Part shown: piece by piece, positions 47,308-57,900 of the stretch
How the letters are laid out: each line of letters starts with the position of its first letter
Position numbering within the stretch: position 1 is the stretch's first letter
NCBI GenBank assembly: GCA_016794125.1
Contig: JAEUKT010000002.1
Coordinates: 1,177,769 to 1,241,768, forward strand
Origin: Alphaproteobacteria bacterium
GTDB lineage: Bacteria; Pseudomonadota; Alphaproteobacteria; Micavibrionales; UBA2020
Length of the DNA: 64,000 nucleotides
Direction: 5' to 3'
Program-made: the position numbers and the translations under genes
The notes under the pieces: model-generated
What the model was told of the DNA's origin: nothing
The model's database searches: none
Seen by the model: the letters and a program-made list of their open reading frames with translations, nothing else

Positions 47308-49131
47308 ATGACCAACAAGCTTCGCAACATTGCCATCATTGCTCACGTTGACCATGGCAAAACAACCCTCGTCGACGTGCTGCTCCGCCAGTCGGGCCAG
47401 TTCCGCGCCAACGAAAAAGTCGCCGAGCGCGTCATGGACTCCAACGACCTTGAAAAAGAGCGCGGCATCACGATCCTTGCGAAGGTCACCTCGCTGATGT
47501 GGAAAGACACCCGCATCAATATCGTCGACACTCCCGGCCACGCGGATTTCGGCGGCGAAGTCGAACGCATCCTTTCCATGGTCGACGGCGTTGTCATTCT
47601 GGTGGACGCAGCCGAAGGCGCGCTGCCCCAGACCAAATTCGTTTCCGGCAAGGCGCTGAAACTGGGCCTGAAGCCGATCGTTGTCATCAACAAGGTCGAC
47701 CGCCCCGATGCGCGCCCCGACGAAGTGCATGAAGAAGTGTTCGATCTTTTCGTGGCGCTGGAAGCAACCGACGAACAGCTCGATTTCCCCATCCTCTACG
47801 CTTCCGGCCGTCAGGGCTGGGCGTCCAAGACGCTGGACGGCGACAAGAAAGACCTCGCGCCCCTGTTCGACCTGATCTGCGAATACGTGCCCGCGCCGAA
47901 GGTGGAGGAAAACAAGCCCTTCTCGATGCTGGTCACCATGATCGAAAGCAACCCCTATCTGGGCCGCGTCGTCACCGGTCGCATCACCACGGGTTCCGTG
48001 AAGACCAACCAGCAGCTGAAATCGCTGTCGATCGACGGAAGCGCGGTTGAAAACTTCCGCGCGACCAAGATTTTGGCCTTCCGCGGCATCGAGCGCGAGC
48101 CGCTCGACGAAGCGCATGCGGGCGACATCATTTCGCTGGCAGGCATGACGCAGGCGACCTCCGTCACCAACACGGTTTGCGAGCCGTCGGTCACCGAAGC
48201 CCTGCCGGCCATTCCGATCGACCCGCCCACCATTTCCATGTCCTTCGCCGTCAACAACGGCCCGTTCGCGGGCACCGAAGGCACCAAAGTCACCTCCCGC
48301 ATGATCCGCGAGCGCCTGTTCAAGGAAGCGGAAAGCAACGTGGCGATGAAAGTCCTCGACGGCCAGACCTCGGACACGTTCGAAGTGTTCGGTCGCGGCG
48401 AATTGCAGATGTCGGTTCTGATCGAAACCATGCGCCGCGAAGGCTTCGAGCTGATGATCGGCCGCCCGCGCGTGCTGTACAAGGAAGACGAAGCGACCGG
48501 CGAAAAGCTGGAGCCGTATGAAGAAGTCGTGATCGACGTCGATCAGGAACATTCCGGTACGGTCGTGCAGAAAATGGCGATCCGCAAAGGCGAGATGATG
48601 TCGATGGCACCGTCGGGCGCCGGCAAGGTCAAGATGACCTTTATCGCCCCCACCCGCGGGTTGATCGGCTATCACGGCGAATTCCTGACCGATACGCGCG
48701 GCACGGGCATCATCAACCGCCTGTTCCACGGCTACGGCCCGTTCAAGGGCGCGGTCGAAGGCCGCCGCGTCGGCGTGCTGCTGGCGATGGACACCGGCGA
48801 AGCGACCGAATACGACCTGTGGAAACTGGAAGAACGCGGCGTGATCATGGTCCTGCCGGGTACCAAGGTTTATGAAGGCATGATCGTGGGCGAACACAAC
48901 CGCGACAACGACCTTGCCGTCAACATCCTGCGCGGCAAGAAACTGACCAACGTCCGCGCCTCGGGTTCGGATGACTCCACCAAGCTGATCCCGCCCCGCA
49001 TCCTGACGCTGGAGCAGGCGATCACCTTCATCAACGACGACGAACTGGTCGAAGTCACCCCGAAAACCCTGCGCCTGCGCAAAGCGATCCTCGATCCCAA
49101 CCTGCGCAAGCGCCTGGAGAAGGCAGGCTAA
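47308..49131 (+). CDS. typA: Translational GTPase TypA/BipA
   Basis: AHVDHGKTTLVD, EKERGITI, DTPGHADFGGEVER, GRGELQM, EVTPKTLRLRK. Confidence 0.99.
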   Translation: MTNKLRNIAIIAHVDHGKTTLVDVLLRQSGQFRANEKVAERVMDSNDLEKERGITILAKVTSLMWKDTRINIVDTPGHADFGGEVERILSMVDGVVILVDAAEGALPQTKFVSGKALKLGLKPIVVINKVDRPDARPDEVHEEVFDLFVALEATDEQLDFPILYASGRQGWASKTLDGDKKDLAPLFDLICEYVPAPKVEENKPFSMLVTMIESNPYLGRVVTGRITTGSVKTNQQLKSLSIDGSAVENFRATKILAFRGIEREPLDEAHAGDIISLAGMTQATSVTNTVCEPSVTEALPAIPIDPPTISMSFAVNNGPFAGTEGTKVTSRMIRERLFKEAESNVAMKVLDGQTSDTFEVFGRGELQMSVLIETMRREGFELMIGRPRVLYKEDEATGEKLEPYEEVVIDVDQEHSGTVVQKMAIRKGEMMSMAPSGAGKVKMTFIAPTRGLIGYHGEFLTDTRGTGIINRLFHGYGPFKGAVEGRRVGVLLAMDTGEATEYDLWKLEERGVIMVLPGTKVYEGMIVGEHNRDNDLAVNILRGKKLTNVRASGSDDSTKLIPPRILTLEQAITFINDDELVEVTPKTLRLRKAILDPNLRKRLEKAG

Positions 49132-49146
49132 GCCTTTCACCGAACC

Positions 49147-49193
49147 AAAACAAAACGGCCATTTTCATTTTGAGAAAATGGCCGTTTTTGTTT
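49147..49193. terminator. Intrinsic terminator after typA
   Basis: AAAACAAAACGGCCATTTTC/GAAAATGGCCGTTTTTGTTT inverted repeat. Confidence 0.8.
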
Positions 49194-49198
49194 CTGTC

Positions 49199-49278
49199 GT
49201 CATCCCCGCGAAAGCGGGGATCCCGTCGGCGGCTTGAGCCCTGCCAATCCCTGAGATCCCCGCCTTCGCGGGGATGAC
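49199..49278. repeat. REP-like double-hairpin element
   Basis: GTCATCCCCGCGAAAGCGGGGATCC...GATCCCCGCCTTCGCGGGGATGAC inverted termini; left end identical to 24793-24809. Confidence 0.85.
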
Positions 49279-49285
49279 GCGGGTG

Positions 49286-49837
49286 TTACGGCTTCATCCC
49301 GAACTTCTGCGCGCCTTTCGCATAGACCTTATCAAACTCGCCCTCCAGCCCCGCATTCACGCCGCGCAACCCGTCGACCACGTTCTTCGCCCAGCTGAAA
49401 TATTCCTGCTTGCGCGCGAGGCTCCAGTCGGGCGGCGGGGAGTCGAGGATGGCGCGGAGGTTGGAGATTTTGTCGGCGGTCTTTACCAGCTTCGCCGCGT
49501 CCGATTTATGCGGCGCGTGTTCGACCTGCAAACGCTTGCGCTCCGCCTTCGGCAATGATTTGTCATCCGTACATTCCTGCACGATATCAGCGACGTTCTG
49601 GCCGAATTCCTTCACCAGTTCCGCGTATTTCGTATCGGTGTCCTCGATCGTGTCATGCAGCACGGCGGCGCAGAGCGCATCGGCGTCCTTGCCGTCGGTG
49701 AATTGCGCGACAAGGTCGGCAACCTCGATCAGGTGGTTGACATAGGGCTCGGCGCGTTCGCCCTTGCGGCGCTGGTCGGTGTGTTTTTTGGCGGCAAACA
49801 ACAATGCGCGCGTCAGTTTCTGCGAAACTTCGGTCAT
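49286..49837 (-). CDS. Small alarmone hydrolase-like HD protein (Mesh1/HD_4)
   Basis: AAKKHTDQRRK..EPYVNHL, AAVLHDTIEDT, LVKTADKISNL; catalytic motifs intact. Confidence 0.93.
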   Translation of the reverse strand: MTEVSQKLTRALLFAAKKHTDQRRKGERAEPYVNHLIEVADLVAQFTDGKDADALCAAVLHDTIEDTDTKYAELVKEFGQNVADIVQECTDDKSLPKAERKRLQVEHAPHKSDAAKLVKTADKISNLRAILDSPPPDWSLARKQEYFSWAKNVVDGLRGVNAGLEGEFDKVYAKGAQKFGMKP

Positions 49838-49899
49838 GAGGATTCCTTTTGGTATGTCCCCATGCTAGGCGTTCTGCGGCGGTCTGGCAAGCCGGCGCG

Positions 49900-51138
49900 T
49901 CAGCCGGGGTTGTTCTCGCCCTGTTCGGCGGGCCTGTTCTGTCCCGCTTCGCCGCACATGGTGAAGGCGCGTGTGGCGGCGAAAGGGCCGATCGTTTCGA
50001 AAACCGCGACCATGCCGAAGACCAGCGCCGATACCTGCGCGCCCGTGCCGGGCAACAGCTTGTTCAGTGTCGTGGCAAGCCCGATCGCCATGCCGGCCAT
50101 CGGTATGATAAGTAGCGATGCCGCCGCCGCCTGCCTGTTATCGACCGTCGTGAAGCGCGACGCAATAAAAACGCCGGCGGTTTTCGTGGCGCAGCGTATC
50201 AGCACCAGCAGCACGGGCGCGATGCCCGCCATCATCAGCGCAGGCAGGTCAATTTTCGCCCCCGCCAGCACGAACAGGGCGATGAAGAACAGGTCGCCCC
50301 CTTCGCCGAAGCCGACCTTTGACAGGTTGGATTTGGATGATTCAAACCAGCGGGTGGCGATGCCCATCACCAGCGGCGCGAACAGCCCCGACATGCCCAG
50401 CATGCTGCAAACGCCCAGCGTGACCATGACCGCGCCGATCACGACGACAAAACGGTAATGTTCGTCCTGCTCGCGAAAGACGCGGGCGATGCGCACGGCG
50501 CACCAGGCAGCGAAAATGCCGACGCCCGTCGCGCCGAACAGGCGGTAGGCCGGCACCAGGACCGCAGCCGATGCCGCGCTGGTTTCCGGCGCCATCGCAA
50601 AGGGCAGCACGGCGGAAAACACGATGAAGGAAAAAAGGTTGTTCATCGCCACCAGCGATTTCGCCAGCGACGTGACCGTGCCTTTCGCGCGCATTTCCTC
50701 CGCCACATGGACCAGCACGGCGGGGGACGACGAAATGGCGATCGCGCCGATCAGGGCCGCAACCGTCCAGCTGTTGCCAAGGAATTTAACCGCGAACGTC
50801 ACGCCGGCGAAGGTCAGCAGGCTTTCGAGTATTGCTGTCAGCATGATGCGCTTCGAGCGCAGCATCGCCTCCGGATGCAGCATGTTACCCAGCTTGTAAA
50901 GGATCAGCCCCAGCGCGATGTCGATGATGACATACGCGTCCTTCAGCATGTCGGCGGTGATCAGCCCAAGCCCGTGCGGACCCGTCAGGAGCCCCAGCAG
51001 CATGAAGGCGGTGATGGTGGGCATCAGGTGGATGCGGTTCGCAATCAGCCCCCCTGTGACCCCCAGCAGGAGCAGCATGCCAAAGGCCAGCATCGCGTTC
51101 GGGTGCAGATTGGGGATATAGGTCAGGAAGGCTTCCAT
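49900..51138 (-). CDS. Cation:proton antiporter (CPA family)
   Basis: About 12 TM segments; SSSPAVLVHV, LVAMNNL, FFVLAGA-like LFVLAGAKID, FETIGP. Confidence 0.85.
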   Translation of the reverse strand: MEAFLTYIPNLHPNAMLAFGMLLLLGVTGGLIANRIHLMPTITAFMLLGLLTGPHGLGLITADMLKDAYVIIDIALGLILYKLGNMLHPEAMLRSKRIMLTAILESLLTFAGVTFAVKFLGNSWTVAALIGAIAISSSPAVLVHVAEEMRAKGTVTSLAKSLVAMNNLFSFIVFSAVLPFAMAPETSAASAAVLVPAYRLFGATGVGIFAAWCAVRIARVFREQDEHYRFVVVIGAVMVTLGVCSMLGMSGLFAPLVMGIATRWFESSKSNLSKVGFGEGGDLFFIALFVLAGAKIDLPALMMAGIAPVLLVLIRCATKTAGVFIASRFTTVDNRQAAAASLLIIPMAGMAIGLATTLNKLLPGTGAQVSALVFGMVAVFETIGPFAATRAFTMCGEAGQNRPAEQGENNPG

Positions 51139-51270
51139 GCGGCATCATTGCTCCGGTTACAGCCGGAATATAATGGCGGAGCGCGGGAAAAATCAACTAT
51201 CGTTCGGCAGGAGGTAGAAAGCCGGGCGCTGCAAGCCCGGCTTTCCTATCTTCAATGCAATGCGCTGATA

Positions 51271-51786
51271 TTAAATCTCGCGCCCGCTTTGGTGATCTGT
51301 ATTGAAATAGGTGTCATTACCGCCTGCACTGCTGGTGCGGTATTCCTTCTGATAGTCGCGCGCCAGGCTTTCAAGGTCTTCGACCGTGCGCGACGACACT
51401 GCGCTTGCCTCGCCGTGGCCCTCGTCAAGGCCGTCGCCCTGAATATTTTCGTCATAAACCTCCGAGCCTTCAAGGCGCAGGCCGGCGGATTTCCAGTCTT
51501 GCTTGCCGCCGACGTAATCGGACACGTTGGTATAACCGAGGCCTTCGAGGATTTCCGCAGCCTTGGTCGATGCCGCGCAATCGGCGCTGGCGCAATAGGT
51601 GACAATTTTCCGCGATTTGTCGGCCAGCTGCTTGGGCGCTTCGGCGGCCAGCGTTTCCAGTGGCATCGACAGCGCGCCCGGGATATGGCCGTGGTCGTAT
51701 TCGGATTTGGGCAATGCCTCGATAAGGGCGAAATCCTCGCCCGACGACATCAGCCTGTTCAGCTCGTCACGTTTAATGGGTTGCAT
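51271..51786 (-). CDS. Rhodanese-like domain protein with acidic C-terminal extension
   Basis: YDHGHIPGALSMP, IVTYCASADC, GYTNVSDYVGGKQDW; RBS GGAGG before 51786. Confidence 0.9.
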   Translation of the reverse strand: MQPIKRDELNRLMSSGEDFALIEALPKSEYDHGHIPGALSMPLETLAAEAPKQLADKSRKIVTYCASADCAASTKAAEILEGLGYTNVSDYVGGKQDWKSAGLRLEGSEVYDENIQGDGLDEGHGEASAVSSRTVEDLESLARDYQKEYRTSSAGGNDTYFNTDHQSGREI

Positions 51787-51888
51787 GGAATCCTCCATTG
51801 CCCTTCAAGCGGGCGTTCGTTGACAGGTTGTAACTGACAAACGAACGAGGGCGGCAGGGGTTCCCCGAAAATGCCCGCCCAAAAATGA

Positions 51889-51919
51889 AAGAAGCCGGGC
51901 ATCAAAAGCCCGGCTTCTT
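51889..51919 (-). terminator. Intrinsic terminator after the Cys-rich peptide
   Basis: AAGAAGCCGGGC/GCCCGGCTTCTT stem, followed by TTTCATTTTT on the minus strand. Confidence 0.75.
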
Positions 51920-51942
51920 GAAATCACAGTGAAGCGGTTATA

Positions 51943-52110
51943 TTAGCCGCCGCACGAACCCGATTTCTCCTTGGAAGAACCGCAGGAGCCGGTGTTGGTG
52001 CCGCAAGAGCCCGAGGTCTCAACTTTTTTCGCTTCCGTGCCGCAAGAGCCGGTTTTGGGAGCGTTGGAGGAACAGGAGCCTTTTTCGTCTTTTTTGAGTT
52101 GTTCTTGCAT
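51943..52110 (-). CDS. 55-aa peptide with five GSC(G/S) repeats
   Basis: RBS AAAGGA, own terminator; MQEQLKKDEKGSCSSNAPKTGSCGTEAKKVETSGSCGTNTGSCGSSKEKSGSCGG, with repeats encoded by varied synonymous codons. Confidence 0.85.
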   Translation of the reverse strand: MQEQLKKDEKGSCSSNAPKTGSCGTEAKKVETSGSCGTNTGSCGSSKEKSGSCGG

Positions 52111-52382
52111 GGCAATTATCCTTTTGTTGGGTTGCACCTGACGCCGCATTCGCAGTCGTCACGGGAAAGGATATAGCCCCCGAAAAGGCCTTGTCCACCC
52201 GTCATCCCGGCAATTCAGGCACGTACCTGTTAGTCCGTTGATATAGCGTGTAATATATATTAATTATTATTTTCATAATAATATAAGTAATCGATCAAAA
52301 ACGCCACATTCGCCGTCAGTACTGCTTCAGCCGGATATGGCATACTGGCATCGTTCCGGATTCGCAAAAGGAGCTTTGCGCC

Positions 52383-53222
52383 ATGTACAGCCGCCTGTTT
52401 TATTTCCTGATGCCGCTGGTGGTCGTGACCGCCATTATCGGCTTTTCCGCGCTGGCCGAAAACGACCATGCGGCGATGAAGCACGATGAACCTGCCGTTG
52501 AAAAACAGGCGGGCGGGATGCAGGCGCGCGTTTCGCCCGATGCGCTGGTGCAGGGCCGCGAAACCGCGTTCACGCTGACGCTGGCCAAAGACAATCTTCC
52601 TGTGTCGCTCGCCGCGCTGGAGGAACGCCATACCCGCAAAATCCACCTGCTGGTCGTGGATGAAAGCATGACCGATTACCATCATCTGCATCCCGTGGCG
52701 GGCGGCGAAGCGGGCACATACACTTTCGCCTTTACGCCGAATACCGCGCATAACTATATGCTCTATGCCGATGTGAAGCCGCTGAACGGTGCTGCGCAGA
52801 TGATTCCGGTGAAGCTGAACGGCGCTGTGCCCTGCGCTAAAGACTGCCTTGATAAATCCGCGGCCGACCGCGTGACGGCCGGCGATGTGACGGCGCAGGT
52901 GGTGTTTGACGGCAAAACGGTCAAGGCTGGTGCGCCCGTGAACGCCGAAGTGATCCTGACCGGCACCGACGGCAAGCCGCTTGCCGATCTCGAGCCCGTG
53001 ATGGGCGCATACGGACATATCGTCGGCTTCTATGAAGGCTTCAAGGCTGTCGCCCATATGCACCCGATGGGGGCGGAACCTGAAAAACCCGAAGACCGTG
53101 GCGCGTCGCCCGTGAAATTCATGCTGCATCCGGACCACCCCGGATACCTGAAATATTTCGTGCAGATCCGGCGCGGCGGCAAAGACGTATTTTTGCCTTT
53201 CGGCATCAACATAGAAAAATAA
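52383..53222 (+). CDS. Secreted His-rich putative metal-binding protein
   Basis: Signal peptide; EERHTRKIHL, DYHHLHP, LEPVMGAYGHIV, AHMHP. Function inferred from His clusters. Confidence 0.7.
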   Translation: MYSRLFYFLMPLVVVTAIIGFSALAENDHAAMKHDEPAVEKQAGGMQARVSPDALVQGRETAFTLTLAKDNLPVSLAALEERHTRKIHLLVVDESMTDYHHLHPVAGGEAGTYTFAFTPNTAHNYMLYADVKPLNGAAQMIPVKLNGAVPCAKDCLDKSAADRVTAGDVTAQVVFDGKTVKAGAPVNAEVILTGTDGKPLADLEPVMGAYGHIVGFYEGFKAVAHMHPMGAEPEKPEDRGASPVKFMLHPDHPGYLKYFVQIRRGGKDVFLPFGINIEK

Positions 53223-53246
53223 GCTGCCTGCAGCGCGCGCAAATGC

Positions 53247-53534
53247 CTAATGTATATCGTCGAAATGGCGCCCGTGATTGATTTCGGGGTTGAGGCGGTT
53301 TTCGCAGGTCAGGTCGTCGAATTTCTTCGTTACGTTGTCGGCCTTTACCATTTTCCTGATGCCGCGTTCCGACCCGTAAAAGGCATCACCCTCGAATTTT
53401 TTCTGCGCGGCGCGCTCTTTTTCATGGTCGACAGGCTCCGGCCGCGCCTCGAGATTTTCAAAGTCGAGGCCGTTCAGGTGCAGCGTCTTGCGTTCGGTTT
53501 GCGTTGAATTTTCAGGGGTTTTGATGCCGGGCAT
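53247..53534 (-). CDS. Hypothetical protein (95 aa)
   Basis: Strong RBS CAGGAG; no family recognised. Confidence 0.65.
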   Translation of the reverse strand: MPGIKTPENSTQTERKTLHLNGLDFENLEARPEPVDHEKERAAQKKFEGDAFYGSERGIRKMVKADNVTKKFDDLTCENRLNPEINHGRHFDDIH

Positions 53535-53605
53535 GGTGAAATCTCCTGTTGCAGCGGGGAAATAGCGTACAGGAAGCTAATCGGCAAGGTTTCAGATAGT
53601 TCCGG

Positions 53606-54280
53606 CTACTCGCGGCGCAGCACGACAAAATGTCCCGCCCAGCGCGTCTGGAAGCCAAGGCGGTTGTACAGGGCTACCGCACGGTCGTTATCGGCGCGGG
53701 AATGCAGGAAGGGCGTTTCGCCGCGCGCGATAATCCCCTGCATCACCTTCGTCATCACCGCCGCCGCATAACCGCGCCCCGTGTAATCGGGATGGGTGCA
53801 GACGGCGCTGACTTCGGTGTATCCCGGCACCTTCATCCGCTCGCCCGCAAGAGCAACCAGTTTACTGTCCTGATAGATGCCGAAATAATCGCCCATTTCA
53901 TGCGTGCGGCTGGTGAAGGGGCCGGGGCGGGCAAGCGTCGTCAGCGCGATCATCTCCGCCGATTGCGCGGCGCTAAGTTTCACGATTTCCGCCGTGCTTT
54001 CTTTCGCATCGGGAATGCCGCTGTCGCAGACCATGCGGATCAGCGGCGCACCCGCCAGCACTTCCCAGCCCTTGCGTGGCTGCCAGGGCTCGGCCAAAAA
54101 CAGCGCGGTCACGCCGTTGCCCAGCAATGCCGCCAGTGCATCATGATCGACCTCGCCGTTTTCAAACCCGCTGAAGGGCGCGACTTCGGGCACGAAACGC
54201 TTCACCCCGCCGTCGCCCATCGCGAAATGGGATTGGCGGGTGGTAAGCGCGGTCCAGATGATGTTGTCGAGCGGTTGCAT
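53606..54280 (-). CDS. GNAT family acetyltransferase (FR47-like)
   Basis: LDNIIWTAL, AGERMK, EVSAVCTHPDYTGRGYA, AVALYNRLGF. Start revised to 54280. Confidence 0.92.
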   Translation of the reverse strand: MQPLDNIIWTALTTRQSHFAMGDGGVKRFVPEVAPFSGFENGEVDHDALAALLGNGVTALFLAEPWQPRKGWEVLAGAPLIRMVCDSGIPDAKESTAEIVKLSAAQSAEMIALTTLARPGPFTSRTHEMGDYFGIYQDSKLVALAGERMKVPGYTEVSAVCTHPDYTGRGYAAAVMTKVMQGIIARGETPFLHSRADNDRAVALYNRLGFQTRWAGHFVVLRRE

Positions 54281-54281
54281 G

Positions 54282-54980
54282 CTAACTGATGAGTAACAAA
54301 CGCGGCGGGCGGCCGTCAACCGTGTCGGGCGCGCGGTGGATGCAGGGCGCAACGGGGCTGCCCGGATATTCGACCGCGATGCGCCACATATTGCCGATGC
54401 CGAACGAATAGCGCACGGCGTTTGGGAGCGGAGCATAATGCAGGTCGTAACAATTCTCGCGCAGGAATTCCTCGAAGCTTCCGCCGCCTTTATTCGCGAA
54501 TAAATCCTGCAATTTTTGCCGCGTTACGGGATTGTCGATGCGGCGTTGCGCGGAGGCATTGTCCAGCCCTTCGCTCGAAGATTCGTTATAGCTGCACAGA
54601 TAGGTGTCGGCCTGAACGGGCGCGCGGTCGGCGTGGAAAGAATATACATCCGTCGGCACGGCGTTGCCGTCGTCGCGCGGATAGCGCGGCACGCATTCAA
54701 GGCTGGGCAGCAGGCCGCGTTCCTGCAACAGCTGACGGTCGGCCAATAATATATCGGCAGCGATGCAGCCCTGTGCGCTCAGGCGCGGGCGTAGGCTTTC
54801 AATGGCTTCTTCATCCAGCGAAACGATGTCTTCTTCGTTCTGCAGCAGCGCCGCGATTTCATCGAAATTGCCCGGCAATTGCCGCGCCCAGCAGATCGCA
54901 TTCACCTCCGGCCCGAAGGATGCGTTCACCAGATCGTCGAAACTGCCGACGATGCGTATGCGGGATGTGGCCGGCGTCAT
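54282..54980 (-). CDS. DUF1826-like protein
   Basis: NAICWAR, DVYSFHADRAP..TYLCSY, CIHRAP pattern; family assignment from recall. Confidence 0.7.
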   Translation of the reverse strand: MTPATSRIRIVGSFDDLVNASFGPEVNAICWARQLPGNFDEIAALLQNEEDIVSLDEEAIESLRPRLSAQGCIAADILLADRQLLQERGLLPSLECVPRYPRDDGNAVPTDVYSFHADRAPVQADTYLCSYNESSSEGLDNASAQRRIDNPVTRQKLQDLFANKGGGSFEEFLRENCYDLHYAPLPNAVRYSFGIGNMWRIAVEYPGSPVAPCIHRAPDTVDGRPPRLLLIS

Positions 54981-57900
54981 TACAGCGTGGCGGGTTTCGG
55001 CGGCTTCGGCTGCTTGACGGGTGCGGGCGGCTGCATGGCGGCGACCTTGGCGGGATCAACGCCATAGGCCTTGTCCAGTACGGGGCGCACGCCCGGGATC
55101 GCGGCCTTGAACACCGATGCGGCAAGTGCGCTCGTGAATTTATGCTTGCCGGCATCGGGGCCGTCGACATAGGCGACGACGGTGCCATAGAAACGGTCGT
55201 CGATTGCGAACACAAACGTCGCCGTGCGGTTTTTCGCCTCCGACGACGTGACACCGCCGCCGCGGCTGAAGGTCTGCTGGCGGTTGTCGCCGGTGCCGGT
55301 CTTGCCGCCGACGGGCAGGATGCGCCCGTCGCTGAGGACGACCGACTTGTTGGCGCGGCGGGCCGTGCCTTCCTCCACCACGCCGTTCATTTCGCGGCGA
55401 ACGAGCCTGGTGACCTCTTCGGGCAGCACGCGCTTGCCGGCCGCATGCTTGGGCAGGAAGTCGAGCGCATAGGGCGTATCCGCAGCAAAGCTGATTTCCT
55501 CGAACTTCTCCGCCGGTTTCAGGATGCCGCCGTTCTGGATGATGCCGGACAGCGTGGCCAGCGCGGCGGGCGTATCGCCCGATGAACCCAGCGCGGAGGC
55601 GTAGGACGGCACCATTTTATCGAAGGAATAACCAAGGTTTTTCCATGTCGCATGGATATGCACAAAGGCTTCTTTTTCCAGCATGATGCGGATGCGCGTA
55701 TTTTGCGCTTCGATCTTGTCGGATTTCAGCAGCCATTTATAAGTCAGGATACGCGCATCGGCGGATGCAGCGACCGCTTCGGACCATGTGCTGTCGGGCG
55801 ATTTTGCGCGGTGTTCGCCCAGCCACAATGCCAGCGGATGCACGCCGGTAAGATAGCCGCGGTCGTTCAGGTCGAACTTGCCGGGCGCGTAATCGTCGTA
55901 CAGTTTCTGGAAGTTGGTGTTGTCGCCGATATTCGTGCCTTCCTTGCGGATAAAGGCTTCCATCTTTTCAACCGGTGCGTCGGGGAATACCGAGCGGTAA
56001 ACGACCGCCAGATGCGCGCCGGTGCGCTTGGTTTTCGCGGCCAGCAGCGTTGCGGTTTCGTCGGGGGATTTGCCCTTTTGTTCGCCCCAGGCGCGCCACA
56101 GGAAGGTTGTGCCTTCGGCATGGACGAACTGTTCAAGGTACTTGCGGCGCTGCGGATTGTCGGGGTTGTCGAAAATATCCGCGCTGACATCCATTTTTTG
56201 TGATTGCGTGTAATACACGATGTCTTTCATCATGCGGATGAAGGACAGGTTGACCGAATGGTGGAACGCGTCCTTGACGTTATACGACTTGTAGTTTTCC
56301 GACGATTCAAAGTTGTCAAACGTATGCACGCCCCCGCCGGTGAAGAAACGCTCGCCGTTGCCGCCGGAATACATGCGGTCCAGCGACGCCTCCAGCATCG
56401 CGTTCAGCGATTTGTCGGTCGCGGTGTTCGCCATGTAATCAATCGCCCAGCGCGACAGGTTGTCGTCGCGCAGCACGTGGATTTTCTGCAGTTCCGCCGC
56501 ATCCATGCCGCTGTATTTCTTATGCAGCTCCGACATCGCTTCAAGGTATGAAACAAGCGTGCGCAGCTTCGCGGTCGAGCCCAGTTCCAGTTTCGTGCCT
56601 TCGTTCACGTTCAGCGCGCCGTCGAAATTGTCGGCCTGCACGCGCAGCACGTTCGTGCCGTCGGGCAGTTTTTCGTAGAGTGTGAAGGAATAGCGCAGCT
56701 GGTCTGCCAGCGCCGGGTTCAGCAGCTGGAATCCGGTCAGGCCGTTCTTCGCCGCGATTTCGGGGTCGGACAGGCTGTGCAGCAGTTTCGTGACCGCTTC
56801 GTCCGCGCGCGCGTCAATCGTCGTGCGTGCGGTGATATCAAGGCGGTTGAGTGCATAGATGTCTTTGACGCCAAGATCACGCAGCAGGCTCACCTGCAAG
56901 GCCTCGATCGATTTCTGGCGCGCTTCTTCTGTCACGCGCGGAGCGCGGCTTGGTTTTGCGAATTCGGGATGCGCCGCCATCACCGCGTCCTTCATGCGCG
57001 GGCTGATGATGCCCTGTTCCGCCAGCAGCGGCAGGTAGGCATCGACGCGCGCATCCAGCTCCGCGCGTTCCTTCAGCAGATAGGAGGAGGGCTTCGTGAC
57101 CGACATGACAAGCCGCAGCGCCTGACGGTAAGCATCCGCCGCGCGTTTCAGCTCCGCGTCGTCCATTTGTGAATCGGGTTTTTTCAGCAGCCGGTTGGCT
57201 TCGGCGAAATCCGCGCCGAACCACGCGACCATGCCGTCACCAAAACCAGTGATTTCGCCCGCGCCGGGGAAGGAGGAGAGGGGGATCGAATTGAGGTAAT
57301 CCAGCACGATGCGCTGGCCGGCTTCGCGCGTGTCGCGCCCGCCGGAATAATTGCGCGTCGATGCGGTTAGCATCTGCTCCAGCTTTTCCTTGCCCGTGCG
57401 CGTGATACCGTCGGGCGAATGGCGGAATTTTTCGGTCTGCGTCGCCAGCGTCGATCCGCCGGGTGCGTTGCCGCCGATATGTATTTTCTTCAGCAGCTGG
57501 TCGCGCGCGGCCTTGGCGAAGCGGCCCCAGTTGATGGCGTTGTTATGCGTGTTTGCCTGTTTTTCGATCAGCTGGCGGTCTTCGACGAACAGCAGGCTCT
57601 GCGCCAATACGGGCGGGATGCTGTCGTAATCGGCATAGACCTGGCGCGGGAAGCGCGCGTCGAACATCACCTGTGCATTGCCATCGACCAGCCTCAAACC
57701 GGCTTGCGCCTTTTCATTATAGATGGGGAACAGCTGCAGCCCCGCAATATTGCGGTCGGCCCATTCGCCTTCTTTCTGCACCTCGAACCCGCGCGCGGTC
57801 AGGCGTTCGCGGAATTGCAGCGTTTGCGTGTAACCCATGCGCTCGTCATACGGCCCTGCGGCGGGCGGCGCGATGGTGGGGCTTGTCTGCTGCATCTGGG

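Noticed and set aside
51996-52005. 10-nt match (TGGTGCCGCA) to the tRNA-Thr 3' end, a possible attL/attR
   Set aside because: Too short for significance in GC-rich DNA, lies inside the Cys-peptide CDS, and there is no integrase in the window.
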